A DNA stretch of 64,000 nt from Verrucomicrobiota bacterium. GTDB lineage: Bacteria; Verrucomicrobiota; Verrucomicrobiia; Limisphaerales; SIBH01. The stretch is taken from positions 2,194-66,193 of the forward strand of contig JBBRBM010000005.1 of the NCBI GenBank assembly GCA_038205745.1, read 5' to 3'. The notes under the pieces were generated by a model that did no database searches, had not been told where the DNA came from, and saw only the letters and a list, made by a program, of their open reading frames with translations. The position numbers were made by a program, and so were the translations under genes. This document shows positions 18,726 through 28,690 of the stretch, piece by piece (the stretch's first letter is position 1; every line of letters begins with the position of its first letter).

Positions 18726-19301
18726 ATGACGCAGCGAGAGAAAGACGAACTGGCCGGACTCGTCCGCCGGCAAATGGAATTGCTTGGCGAAAATCCGAAG
18801 CGCGAAGGACTGCGCCGGACGCCGACCCGGGTCGCAGAGGCAATGGAATTTCTCACCAGCGGTTACTCGCTCAATCCGAACACGGTGCTCAACGACGCCC
18901 TGTTCGAAACCAAGTCCGACGAGATGGTGATCGTGAAGGACATCGACTTCTACAGTCTCTGCGAGCACCACATGCTGCCGTTCTTTGGCAAATGCCACAT
19001 CGCTTACATCCCGCGCAAGAAGGTGATCGGTCTTTCGAAGCTGCCGCGCGTCGTGGATGTTTTCGCGCGACGTCTGCAAATCCAGGAGCGCATGACTTTT
19101 GAAATCGCGCAGACCGTAAAGAAGCTCATCAACGCCCAGGGCGTCGGTGTCGTCATCGAGGCGCAGCACCTGTGCATGATGATGCGTGGTGTGCAGAAAC
19201 AGAATTCTTACGCGATCACCTCGGCCATGCTCGGCGCCTTCCGCAATGACCCGCGGACGCGCTCGGAGTTTTTGAATCTCATCCAGCATTGTCGCGGGTA
19301 A
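18726..19301 (+). CDS. folE: GTP cyclohydrolase I (FolE type 1)
   Basis: Trimmed to the ATG at 18726 ([11 protein letters not shown]...). [26 protein letters not shown] and QERMT are canonical FolE motifs. Confidence 0.92.
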   Translation: MTQREKDELAGLVRRQMELLGENPKREGLRRTPTRVAEAMEFLTSGYSLNPNTVLNDALFETKSDEMVIVKDIDFYSLCEHHMLPFFGKCHIAYIPRKKVIGLSKLPRVVDVFARRLQIQERMTFEIAQTVKKLINAQGVGVVIEAQHLCMMMRGVQKQNSYAITSAMLGAFRNDPRTRSEFLNLIQHCRG

Positions 19302-19306
19302 ACGGA

Positions 19307-19390
19307 GAGTGAGTGAGTAAGTGGGTAAGCCAGTGAGTGAGAAGATGCGCCCCCTCCCACTTACTCACTCACCGGCTCACCCACTTACCC
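19307..19390. repeat. GT-rich / AC-rich short-unit inverted repeat downstream of folE (terminator-like)
   Basis: GAGTGAGTGAGTAAGTGGGTAAGCCAGTGAGTGAG is followed by CCCACTTACTCACTCACCGGCTCACCCACTTACCC. GTGAGTGAGTAAGTGGG has its exact reverse complement in the second half. Confidence 0.55.
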
Positions 19391-19409
19391 TTCGCGTCTT
19401 CGTGCCTTC

Positions 19410-19814
19410 GTGGTTAATTGCCCCGTGAGCAATAGCGTTCGCATCGACAAATGGCTCTGGGCAGTGCGCCTCTACAAGACGCGCACCATCGCCGCGACGG
19501 CCTGCAAGAACGGGAAGGTGCTCGTCGACGATCAGCACGTGAAACCTTCACGCGATGTTCATGTGGGCGAGATCATCAAGGCGAAGACCGGCGACATCAC
19601 GCGCACCGTCCGGGTGATCGGGTTGATCGACAAACGCGTCGGCGCTCCGGTTGCCCGCGAACATGCGGAAGACCTCACGCCACCGGAGGAATTCAACAAA
19701 CCACGCGACCCGAATTACTCGCGAGGACTCGTGCGACCGAAAGGCTCCGGCCGGCCGACGAAGAAGGAGCGGCGGGAGATTGATTCGTTGGAGACTGACG
19801 GCTCCCAATCTTAA
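19410..19814 (+). CDS. RNA-binding S4 domain protein (Hsp15/HslR-like)
   Basis: VRIDKWLWAVRLYKTRTIAATACKNGKVLVDDQHVKPSRDVHVGEII matches the S4 alpha-L motif. The start is uncertain (GTG at 19410 or GTG at 19425). Confidence 0.75.
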   Translation: MVNCPVSNSVRIDKWLWAVRLYKTRTIAATACKNGKVLVDDQHVKPSRDVHVGEIIKAKTGDITRTVRVIGLIDKRVGAPVAREHAEDLTPPEEFNKPRDPNYSRGLVRPKGSGRPTKKERREIDSLETDGSQS

Positions 19815-19917
19815 TCCTATTCGTAATCGTATTCTTCATCTCTCCTCCGCCGAACCGGCAGAAAATTGAGAATACGAGTAGGATTACGATTACGAACCCG
19901 ATCGCGTCGTTTTCGAC

Positions 19918-20310
19918 TCAACTCTTCTTTCCGTAAATCTGCTCCGGCGTCTCCAACTGCGGCTCCGTGGTCTTGAACGTCGCGCCGTCGCCCTCGATGG
20001 AGCGGAAGAAGCAGCTCTGGTAACCCTCGTGACAAGCCGCGCCAATCTGTTCGACCTTGATCAGCAGCGTGTCGCCGTCGCAATCGAACGCGATGTCTTT
20101 CACCTGCTGCGTGTGGCCGCTCGACTCGCCCTTCATCCAATACTTCTGGCGTGAGCGGCTCCAGAAATGGGTCTTGCCGGTCTTCACAGTGGATTCCAGC
20201 GAGGCGCGATTCATCCATGCCATCATCAACACGCGCCCGGTGGAGGCTTCCTGGATGATCGCGGGGATCAATCCGTTCGAGTCAAACTTCAGCTTGTCGT
20301 AGAAACTCAT
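19918..20310 (-). CDS. hisI: Phosphoribosyl-AMP cyclohydrolase
   Basis: [42 protein letters not shown] and [26 protein letters not shown] are canonical HisI motifs. Confidence 0.92.
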   Translation of the reverse strand: MSFYDKLKFDSNGLIPAIIQEASTGRVLMMAWMNRASLESTVKTGKTHFWSRSRQKYWMKGESSGHTQQVKDIAFDCDGDTLLIKVEQIGAACHEGYQSCFFRSIEGDGATFKTTEPQLETPEQIYGKKS

Positions 20311-20375
20311 GAGCCGCGCAGATTACCGGTCGCGTTTGCGAATGCAAGGCGCTCACTCACGGCGCGTGACGCAAG

Positions 20376-20732
20376 TCACTTCTTCGGCAGGAACGTGAAT
20401 GCCACCGCCGCCATGATGCAGGCGAACGCGGCGATATGGTTCCACTGAATCTTCTCCCGCAGATACGTGACCGCGAAGACCATGAACACGATCAGCGTGA
20501 TCACCTCCTGCATGATCTTGAGCTGCGTGGCGGAATAGACCGTGTTGCCCCAACGATTCGCCGGCACCATGAGGATGTATTCGAAGAACGCGATGCCCCA
20601 ACTCGCGAGGATGACGATGACCAGCGGTTTGTCTTTGTGCTTCAAGTGACCGTACCACGCGAAGGTCATGAACACGTTGGAGGCGACCAGCAAGAGAATG
20701 GGCGTGAGCCGTGACGTAGTGACTGAATCCAT
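20376..20732 (-). CDS. Small DMT-superfamily membrane protein (DUF486-like)
   Basis: 118 aa with four hydrophobic helices. NVFMTFAWYGHLK and SATQLKIMQEVITL resemble the DUF486 family (from memory). Confidence 0.7.
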   Translation of the reverse strand: MDSVTTSRLTPILLLVASNVFMTFAWYGHLKHKDKPLVIVILASWGIAFFEYILMVPANRWGNTVYSATQLKIMQEVITLIVFMVFAVTYLREKIQWNHIAAFACIMAAVAFTFLPKK

Positions 20733-20791
20733 GCGGCAACGAGCTATGCGACGCGCCGGAGCAAGTCAACGTCAAGGCACTGCCACAGAGT

Positions 20792-22192
20792 TCAGCGCTC
20801 GATGCAGAACGTGATGTCGTAGTTCGTCTGCACGCTGTTCGTGCGCGTGACGCCGCCGTTGTCCACGCCATCGGAGCCGACGCTGTAAACCATGAAGCCG
20901 GTCGGCAGAGCCTTGAGACGAAGAGGTTGCGGCACAATTGGATCACGCGGCAATGGCGTCGTCGGTAATACGCCGTTGTGAGAAAGGCGATACTGTTCGA
21001 CTGAGATCGCAGCCTTTAATGCGGCGATTTTCGCGCGTCCTTCGAAATCTGCTGTGACCGCTTTACCAAGGCTTGGCCCCAACACCATGCTACCGAACCG
21101 GCTGTTGATAGTGAGGGCGTATTCCAGATTATTCTTCTGAACCTGTGCCTGCAATTCCTGCGGCTCCTTCGTCCAATCGATCCCTGCCGGCCAGAGTTGC
21201 AGATAGCGAAGGTAATCGTCGTCCGTGTAGAGAGGTCGCCGCGTCTTGATCTGTTCCCAAACTCGCTCCCACACGGGTCTGGTATTTTGGCCGGCCATGA
21301 GATCTTCTGACGCCCCTGATTTGGCCCATTGGAAGTAGAAAATCATCATGCAACGCTCTACGCGAAAGCAGTCCCGCAAATCCTCCGAGCGCTCATCATA
21401 GATCGCCTTTGAGATGCGTTCGAGTTGTTCGTCGCTGAAGTGAGCACGATTGAGCGCACGTTCCGTCACGTCGCACATCTGGTTGTCCAACGCGTGCCGG
21501 ATCATGTGTTGCACCAACCCGCCGGCGTACGGCAGCGCATGATTAAAGCGAAAGCCTTGAACGATGAACTGCGCCGCCGCTTCTGAGTCGCCGCGTTCCG
21601 CCGCAGCGATCGCGTGCGCGCTGATTGTGTGGCTCAGCGAACGAGCGGCGAGAAAATTGACTCCAATGCCTGTCTTTCGATTCGTGAAACCGAGACTCCA
21701 GTGCATTGGAAAGGTCGCGTCCGCAGGAACGTTCGTTGGAAGCGCCGTGGCGATCGCCGCGGTCACTTCGCAGAAAGCAATCAACTGCGTCATTACGTTT
21801 GCGTCGATCGGCTGTCTCGCCGGAAAGAAGTTTCCCGCAACGATGGGAGTTGCGGTCGGCACGCGATTGTTCGTTGCGATGGCGAACGCGGCTGCGTAAA
21901 TGGGCAGCGCATCATTCGCGGGAGTCGGATCGGGAAATCTATTCGCGAGATCATCAGTGGTGATTGGTTCTCCCGAAGCCTTTAATTCCGCCAGCCGTTG
22001 CTTGATCAGCTTTTCGGTCTTCGATTCCCGCCTTGCCGCCCACACGAGCAGCACTCCCACGACGACCACGAACAGTGCGCCGTAAAAGACGGGGGTTCGG
22101 AAACGATGACGTGGCGCGGACTCGTTCACGCGATGATCGTAAAGACGTTGCGCCGACACGCAATGCCGGACAAAGCTGTCCGCGCCCCGCAA
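20792..22192 (-). CDS. Membrane-anchored hypothetical protein
   Basis: 466-aa ORF that begins 8 nt after the glpD stop. N-terminal TM helix VFYGALFVVVVGVLLVWAA. The C-terminal ...GFMVYSVGSDGVDNGG recalls pseudopilin-like tails. No family assigned. Confidence 0.6.
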   Translation of the reverse strand: MRGADSFVRHCVSAQRLYDHRVNESAPRHRFRTPVFYGALFVVVVGVLLVWAARRESKTEKLIKQRLAELKASGEPITTDDLANRFPDPTPANDALPIYAAAFAIATNNRVPTATPIVAGNFFPARQPIDANVMTQLIAFCEVTAAIATALPTNVPADATFPMHWSLGFTNRKTGIGVNFLAARSLSHTISAHAIAAAERGDSEAAAQFIVQGFRFNHALPYAGGLVQHMIRHALDNQMCDVTERALNRAHFSDEQLERISKAIYDERSEDLRDCFRVERCMMIFYFQWAKSGASEDLMAGQNTRPVWERVWEQIKTRRPLYTDDDYLRYLQLWPAGIDWTKEPQELQAQVQKNNLEYALTINSRFGSMVLGPSLGKAVTADFEGRAKIAALKAAISVEQYRLSHNGVLPTTPLPRDPIVPQPLRLKALPTGFMVYSVGSDGVDNGGVTRTNSVQTNYDITFCIER

Positions 22193-22199
22193 AACCGAT

Positions 22200-23711
22200 T
22201 CAGCACAGGAGATACGAACTCGCGACCGCCTGGAACGATTTCACTTGGTCGCTCGCCCACGCTGCGTCGCGATTCAATTCCACCGCCATCAGCTTCGCCA
22301 CAATGGGTGCGGTTTCGATCGCGGCGCGTGCGTCGAGGATGAGCATCCGCGTGCGGCGTGAGAGAACGTCTTCGACGTTGCGCGCCATGGTTTGACGGCA
22401 CGCGTGGACAACATCGGCGGCACGATACGGGAAGCGCGGATGCAATGGAGTGTTCCAGTCAGAATTGGCGCGTGCGAGTTGCTTCACATCTGCGTCGTTT
22501 CCCGAATGCAGCAACAATTCAGTTGTGCGCGATACACTCGCGGCGAGCCCGGCCTGCTCTGCGGCTTTGTTCACGACGTCTTCGCCCATGCGCCGATACG
22601 TCGTCCATTTCCCGCCGGTGATGGTGATGAGTCCCGAGGACGAAACGATCATCGTGTGATCGCGCGACAGCTTCGATGTGTTGCGCGCCGCGCCTGATTT
22701 CACGAGCGGACGCAGTCCGGCGAATGCGCTGAGCACGTCGCTCTCACTCGGCGCGCGGTTGAGATAAATGTTCGCGTGTTCGAGAAGAAACTCGATTTCT
22801 TGCGCGAGCGGACGCGGCTCCAGCACGGCTCCGTTCACCGGCGTGTCTGTGGTGCCGACCAATACATGACCTTGCCACGGAATGGCGAACAGCACGCGAC
22901 CGTCCGCGGTCTTCGGAATCATCAACGCGCTTTCGCCGGGCAGGAACGAGCGATCGAGCACGATGTGTGCGCCTTGGCTCACCGTCAGCATCGGTTCGCA
23001 CTTCGCGTCGTCGCATTGCCGCAAGTTGTCCGTGAATACGCCGGTTGCATTGATCACGGCGCGCGCGCGAATTTGGAACTCGCGACCGCTTTCCGCATCC
23101 ACCGCAATCGCGCCGACGACCTTGTCGCCCTCTTTGAGAAACGACTCCACGCGCATGTAGTTCGCCGCGAAGCCGCCGAGATCGAACAAAGTTTGCGCGA
23201 GGCAAACGGCGAGGCCGGCGTCGTCGAACTGGCCATCGAAGTAACGCACTCCACCGCGCAGCTTGTCGGCGCGAACCGTCGGGAGTTCCCGAATTGTTTC
23301 GTCACGTGAAATAATCTTGGAAGGACCGAGACTGAACTTCCCAGCCAGTGCGTCATACATCTTCAGCCCGATGCCGTAGCACGGCGCGTCGAGCATCGAG
23401 TAAGCCGGCACGATAAACGATTGCACACGCGCGAGGTGCGGCGCGTTGCGCAACAGCAGGGCACGCTCGTGCAACGATTCGCGCACGAGCGAAATGTTTC
23501 CCTGCTTCAGGTAGCGCACGCCGCCGTGAACCAGCTTCGTGCTGCGGCTCGATGTTGCGTTGGCGAAGTCGTGTTGCTCGACGAGCAGTGTGCGGTAGCC
23601 GCGCGAGGCTGCATCGACGGCGGCGCCGAGACCGGTCGCACCGCCGCCGATGACGAGCACGTCCCACCGTTCCCCGCTCGCGAACGCGTTGATCGCGTTT
23701 TCGCGATTCAC
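22200..23711 (-). CDS. glpD: FAD-dependent glycerol-3-phosphate dehydrogenase
   Basis: DVLVIGGGATGLGAAVDAASRGY (FAD-binding fold), STKLVHGGVRYL, and length and organisation typical of GlpD. Confidence 0.9.
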   Translation of the reverse strand: MNRENAINAFASGERWDVLVIGGGATGLGAAVDAASRGYRTLLVEQHDFANATSSRSTKLVHGGVRYLKQGNISLVRESLHERALLLRNAPHLARVQSFIVPAYSMLDAPCYGIGLKMYDALAGKFSLGPSKIISRDETIRELPTVRADKLRGGVRYFDGQFDDAGLAVCLAQTLFDLGGFAANYMRVESFLKEGDKVVGAIAVDAESGREFQIRARAVINATGVFTDNLRQCDDAKCEPMLTVSQGAHIVLDRSFLPGESALMIPKTADGRVLFAIPWQGHVLVGTTDTPVNGAVLEPRPLAQEIEFLLEHANIYLNRAPSESDVLSAFAGLRPLVKSGAARNTSKLSRDHTMIVSSSGLITITGGKWTTYRRMGEDVVNKAAEQAGLAASVSRTTELLLHSGNDADVKQLARANSDWNTPLHPRFPYRAADVVHACRQTMARNVEDVLSRRTRMLILDARAAIETAPIVAKLMAVELNRDAAWASDQVKSFQAVASSYLLC

Positions 23712-24817
23712 TTGGGGGAGACTGCCGCGGACTTGCGGCCAATGCCAAACTGGTCTCCGGCGCGCACCGGCTGGTCGCCGCGAAAGTCGATCTCGAGAAG
23801 CTTCTCGCTTTGCACCGCCGCGCCGGTTTCGTCGGTGAGATGAGCGACGATCTTCTTTGTCACCGTATCAACGATGTCGCCGGTGGAGGGATATGCGAGG
23901 TCGCCTTTGATGGTGAACGTGATCCAGCCCGGTTCATCACGCAGTTCGACGCTGGTCTTTTGCTTCGGCGGATTCGCCGCGGCGTCGAAGATGTGCATGC
24001 GTCGGTTCACGGCGTCGCAGACCCAGATTTCCGATTCATCCGGCGTGAGGCCGACACCGTGACTCGGGCAGCCGTGGCGTTTGGGTTCTCCCTTTTTGAA
24101 ACCATCCACCTCGACGCGGTGAAGAACTTTTCCGGTCGTGATGTCGCCGACTTCGAAGCCGAGCAATTCGTTCACGCAGCAGTAGGCGCGCGTCTGCGCA
24201 GAGTTGACCGTGAACGGCCTGATCGGTGCGCTGAACGGGCCGACCGCGGTATTCGAGGCGTGCGTGCGCGTTTCCGCGATCGTCAGCCAGGGCGAGCGCA
24301 GCCCGGCGAGATAAGCGCGCGCACCGTCGGCGCCATAGACTGTGTTGTGGGCTCCAGAGTTCGGCGTGATTTTTGTAATGCGTTCGCCGGTCATCGCATC
24401 CACCACGTTCCAGTGCGGTCCTTCCAACGACGGCACGTAAATGATTTTTCCGTCTGGCGAGATGGACATGCGATCGCAGCCGCCGGGCAACGACTTCTCC
24501 CACACGATCTTCTCCGTCACAAGGTCGAGGCACGTCATGGTGCGCGTGGTGGTGATGTAGATGCGTTTGGTGACGGCGCTGGCGCAAACGCCTTTCACGT
24601 TGAGCGGCTTGCCTTCGGTATCGACACCGGAAGTCTTGATGCGCTTCACGAATTTGTGCTTGTGATCAATGTCAAACACGAGCAGCCCGTGACCGCCGTA
24701 CTCGAGATAATTGCGAACGCCTGGCGTCGCCACGTAGAGCAGTCGCCGCTCACTCTCGGCGGACTGAAGTTGGAACGCGCACAACAGAACAACGATGGCT
24801 GACAACAAGCGTTTCAT
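23708..24817 (-). CDS. Secreted beta-propeller protein (YncE/lactonase-like repeats)
   Basis: Signal peptide MKRLLSAIVVLLCAFQLQSA. Repeated strand patterns (LYVATPG, RIYITTT, IIYVPS, RAYLAG, EIWVCD) are typical of 7-bladed propellers. 4-bp overlap with glpD. Confidence 0.65.
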   Translation of the reverse strand: MKRLLSAIVVLLCAFQLQSAESERRLLYVATPGVRNYLEYGGHGLLVFDIDHKHKFVKRIKTSGVDTEGKPLNVKGVCASAVTKRIYITTTRTMTCLDLVTEKIVWEKSLPGGCDRMSISPDGKIIYVPSLEGPHWNVVDAMTGERITKITPNSGAHNTVYGADGARAYLAGLRSPWLTIAETRTHASNTAVGPFSAPIRPFTVNSAQTRAYCCVNELLGFEVGDITTGKVLHRVEVDGFKKGEPKRHGCPSHGVGLTPDESEIWVCDAVNRRMHIFDAAANPPKQKTSVELRDEPGWITFTIKGDLAYPSTGDIVDTVTKKIVAHLTDETGAAVQSEKLLEIDFRGDQPVRAGDQFGIGRKSAAVSPK

Positions 24818-24870
24818 GGATTGCCGAAAAAATGCTCGTCAACTTCCCCACCGTAAAGGAAACAAATCCC

Positions 24871-25659
24871 ATGCACACACCACTTCTCGGCGCGGTCGCC
24901 TCGTTGCTCCTTGCCGGCGCGAGCTGGGCGGCGGACAAACCGGTGTTTCTGTACAGCCGTTACTTCAATGCCCCTGGCGAGGCGCGTTACTTGCCGGACG
25001 GCAACTACAAGGACCTCCTCCAGCGACTCGAGACGGATTTCACCGTGCGCGTGAGCAGCAATGCCCTCGACGCCGCCTCCCTGCGCGATGTAAACGTCGT
25101 CCTCGTCGCCAATCCCAGCGACAAGGCCGTGGGCGCCAACCCGCCGCCGCACCATGTGGACGCACGGGACATCGCGGAGTTGACGAAGTTTGTGGAACGC
25201 GGCGGCGCCTTGATCGTGATGGGCAACCAGGAGAACCACAATCTCGACGTCGAACATGTGAACGAGTTGCTCAAGCAGTTCGGGATGCAGATGACGAACC
25301 TCTACACCGACGCGAAGTTGCTGCCGATTCCGGCGAGCACCCCGGTGATCGGTGGGTTGCGCTGGGGATATTACACCGGCAATCTTGTCCTGCTCGATGC
25401 TTCGCATCCTGCCAAACCGCGCGCCCTGGTGACCAACGATCTCAGCGTCAAGCCACCCAAGGGCACGCGCGACCAGGCCGGCGTGTTGATGGCGGCGGCG
25501 CGACCGGGCCGCGGCCACGTCATCGCCGTGACCGATGCGGGATGGCTGGCCGACTGGGCGTTCAAGGAAGAAGGCGTGGGCGGGGTGGCGTTGAAGGGCC
25601 AGGACAATTACGAAATCTTCCTGCGGCTGGCGAAGTGGGCGGCGGTGCCCGCGAAGTAG
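24871..25659 (+). CDS. Secreted hypothetical protein
   Basis: Trimmed to MHTPLLGAVASLLLAGASWA (signal peptide). The alternating beta-alpha pattern (VVLVANPS..., GGALIVMGNQ) is compatible with a flavodoxin/GATase1-like fold, but no family is assigned. Confidence 0.6.
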   Translation: MHTPLLGAVASLLLAGASWAADKPVFLYSRYFNAPGEARYLPDGNYKDLLQRLETDFTVRVSSNALDAASLRDVNVVLVANPSDKAVGANPPPHHVDARDIAELTKFVERGGALIVMGNQENHNLDVEHVNELLKQFGMQMTNLYTDAKLLPIPASTPVIGGLRWGYYTGNLVLLDASHPAKPRALVTNDLSVKPPKGTRDQAGVLMAAARPGRGHVIAVTDAGWLADWAFKEEGVGGVALKGQDNYEIFLRLAKWAAVPAK

Positions 25660-25854
25660 GCCGTGTCTTCAAAATGGGCGGGTAGCACAGGCGACTCGCC
25701 TGTGCCGTCCGGCCACTGGCCGGGCGGAATGGAGAAGGCGCGTGGAAAGGCCGCCACAGCGGGGTGGTACTCAGGACGCGCCTCTCCTTCCGCTCGGCGA
25801 GTCGCCGAGCGGAACGGGCGGGTCGCCCGTTCCACCCATTTTGAAGACACGGCC
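25659..25854. repeat. 196-bp MITE/REP-like element with perfect 20-nt terminal inverted repeats and several internal hairpins
   Basis: GGCCGTGTCTTCAAAATGGG (25659-25678) pairs with CCCATTTTGAAGACACGGCC (25835-25854). Internal palindromes are CACAGGCGACTCGCCTGTG, CCGGCCACTGGCCGG, GCTCGGCGAGTCGCCGAGC and GAACGGGCGGGTCGCCCGTTC. The element starts at the last base of the upstream stop codon. Confidence 0.8.
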
Positions 25855-25930
25855 TGGCGCTTCAGGAAATCCGGGGCGCGCCGATGGAGAATGTATTCGT
25901 CACGGTTCAGACGTGGACCGGGCGCCGTTC

Positions 25931-25968
25931 AAGCCCGCCATCCTTTGGATGGCGGGCTTTCCTTTTCT
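25931..25968. terminator. Hairpin terminator between convergent genes
   Basis: AAGCCCGCCATCC-TTTG-GATGGCGGGCTT is followed by TCCTTTTCT on the plus strand. Confidence 0.6.
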
Positions 25969-26010
25969 GGAGGGAAGGGTGGAATCTCACTCGTGAAATC
26001 ACTTCTGGGG

Positions 26011-28690
26011 TCAATCCATCAGCAGCACGCGATAGAACCGCGACGTGTCCACACTGGGGGAGTTGGTGATCGATGTGGTGGAGCCGGTGGCAGTGATGTC
26101 GTTGCCGAGCGTGATCCAGTTGGTTGATTGGATTGTGGAGGTGTATTGCACGCGATAGCGCTTGCCCGAATACGTTGGCCAACGGACGACGACCTGGCTC
26201 GGTGATGTCTTCGCAATGCGCACGGACGGCGCCGCCAAACCCGCCTTCAGTTCCAGGTTAAAATCCATGATCGAGCTGCCACCGCTGCGTTGATGCACTT
26301 CGGCTGCGACGACGTTGTCCCCGACGACGAGGAAATCGGTGGCAGGGAAGGGGCCGCGCAGGAGGAACCACGTCTTGTTCGTGCCTGAAACGCTGCTCGA
26401 CGCCACGGTGCGATAGCCGATCGCGCCTTGCGGCATGTTGTCGCGGAAAACTTCTGCACCGTTCACGTAAACCACCACGCCGTCATCCCGCTGGACGGCG
26501 AAGTTCAAGGCCGTGAAGAGGGAGGGATCTCTAATGGTGAAATGACGGCGGAAGTAAGTCGTGATGTACTTGCTGCTCGAACTCGGGCCGTAGCTGACGA
26601 TCGTGGTTTCGGTGCCGCCGTTGTAGCCGAGTTGCGCGGGGCCGTTCGACCCTCCCGCGTCGGGGAACGCCAAGGCCCGCCACGCGTTGCTTTGATCGGT
26701 GCCCTTGTCGAGATACTTCCAGACGGCGTTGCTGGCGATGATGACGACGTTCGAGAGCCTGCCGCCCGTGACCGGTAACACCGTGGTGACGTTGGTCACG
26801 TTGGAGAGCGGATTGATGTTGTTCGTTTCGTCCAAAGTTTTCAGTGCGACGTAGTAAGTCTTGCCCGAGCCCAAGCCGCTGATCGTGAATGTTTGAATCG
26901 TTCCTGCCGCGGCAGGCAGGGGCTCGCCGATCGACTGGGATGCAGAAGCAAAATTCCCCGCAGTGATCGTGCTCGTGCTGAAACGCACGTCGTAGGCGGT
27001 CGAGGTGAAGTTCAAGTTGTCCGTCGAGCGTTCGACGCGGAAGCCTTGTTCGTTTGTGGCGTTGTCGCGCCACACGAGATTGATCTGGCTGCTCGATACG
27101 GCGGTGGCAACCAGAGCGCTGGGTGCTGCGGGATTGGTCGTGGGTGGCGCGGCTTTAATGAGGTTGAGATAATCTCCAATCGTCCCGCCCACCTGCAAAA
27201 ACTTCATGTCGAGGCGGCTGCCATTCACATCGATCACGACCGAACCGACAATATCGAGCGAGACAAACATGGCGGGATGATTGAGCGATCCACCGGTGGC
27301 ATGGCCTGAGGATCCGGCGACGGTGTAAACAGCGCCCTCGTGCGGCGCGTTTCCGCCCGGCTTCTGGTGCGCGCCGCCTTCGTCCTCCCGTCCGCTGCCA
27401 CCAACTTTCTTCATCGCTTGCGCGAGGGTGCTCGAATAGCCGTAGTGCCCATCCAGCAGGAACGAGCGTTCGTATGAATCTTTGCAGAAGTACCTCTAAG
27501 TCTCGCCGCGGACCGCTCCCTGACGGTCGCGGCTCTTCCGTGAGAGCCGCGACCGTCAGGGAGCGGGAGGATGCACATACTTTCGCAACGATTGCTAGCA
27601 GTGACTGTGACCGCAGAGCACGAGATCAACACCGAAGTCTTCCAAAATCGGCACGATGTTTTCCCGAACCTCAACAAGATCGCCTTCCGCGTCAGAATCG
27701 TGGCTGCCTTTCGTGTACGGCGGGTGGTGCCAGTAGGCGATGATCCATTCCTGCGCCGTGGCTGCGAGATCGGCGCGGAGCCAATTGCACATCGGCCCAG
27801 TCGACAATGTGCTCGACGTGGCGCAGTCGAGACAGATGAAGTGAATGTTCGCGTAGTCGAACGAGTAGTACGCTCCGTCCCGCTCGGCACGCCGCCCGCC
27901 TCACCGTTTTGCGGCAGAGCGGCCCCGGCTCGGCTTCCAGCGCGGGAAAAAGTTGGCGTTGCAGATGATGGAAGATCGTCGTCAGGTCAGCCATGTATCG
28001 CTGACGGTCCGCTGGCCTTGCTGTTCAAACAAACCAGAAATATTCCCCAACAATCCGGGGTTTTGAAATAGGCTGCTGTGTGTACGGATTAGTGAAGTGG
28101 AACGGCGGATGCAGCTTCCTGGACGCAAAGACCACGGGCTGGGAAGATCAAGCTGCAGATGTTTTTCGGGCATCCTCCTGGAAGCGGGCCGAACACCCTC
28201 AATCTCCCGGCGGATACCATGGTTCTGCGGCCGAGCCGGCGAGGTTTTCGGCATCCCGCCGGGGTTTCGCTCCCATGGCCTTTCGTTTGAGCGGAAACAC
28301 GGTTTTTTTGGGGAAAACATTAAGGAGTGGAGTGTGAATTTCCCAAGGTTCTGCGGGAGTTTTCTATGATTCTTCGGAACTTTGCCAAGGTTCCAGAGTT
28401 TCAGTCCATGGTTTGGGGTGCAACCGCATGCGAGAAAACCGTTCCATCCCATGCCCGATGACTGTTTCACAGGAAAGAACGGAAGCACTACATGAAATCC
28501 ACCCTCCATTAGATTACATTTGGCTTGGAAGTGAACGTCCTGCGCGCGATGGACTCCCTGGCACCTCGGAGCCTGATATTTACGAGTTGCAGGCCGGCTT
28601 AAATGGCCGGCCAAATGCCTGATACTCGGAGTCAGTGCCGCTGTTGTAAGCGTTATCGCCAATCGCATGTCGCGCGACAGGCTCAAGTGG
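26011..28690 (-). pseudogene. Disrupted calcineurin-like metallophosphoesterase (purple-acid-phosphatase-like) with FN3, CBM-like and C-terminal FYRV domains
   Basis: Four pieces lie on the minus strand. (1) A decayed N-terminal piece with AIGDNAYNSGTDSEYQ (28646-28690). (2) A central piece ...GAYYSFDYANIHFICLD...WHHPPYTKGSHDSD...LVLCGHSHC* (27595-27900). (3) A 123-bp insert. (4) SYERSFLLDG... continuing into the intact ORF 26011..27414. Pieces 2 and 4 are in the same frame but are separated by two in-frame TAG codons. Confidence 0.75.
27478..27600. mobile_element. 123-bp palindromic MITE-like insertion inside the metallophosphoesterase GHSH/SYER motif
   Basis: Perfect 24-bp stem CCGCTCCCTGACGGTCGCGGCTCT (27513-27536) / AGAGCCGCGACCGTCAGGGAGCGG (27543-27566). 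The outer imperfect IR is TTGCAGAAGTAC / ATACTTTCGCAA. The element lies exactly between codon H (27601-27603) and codon S (27475-27477) of the expected GHSH-SYERS motif. Confidence 0.8.

Noticed and set aside
28440-28520. CACAGGAAAGAACGGAAGCAC resembles the RNase P RNA ACAGGAAAGT core
   Set aside because: The other universally conserved RNase P elements (GGAAAGTCCGGGC, the P4 pairing) are absent nearby. This is a chance resemblance.
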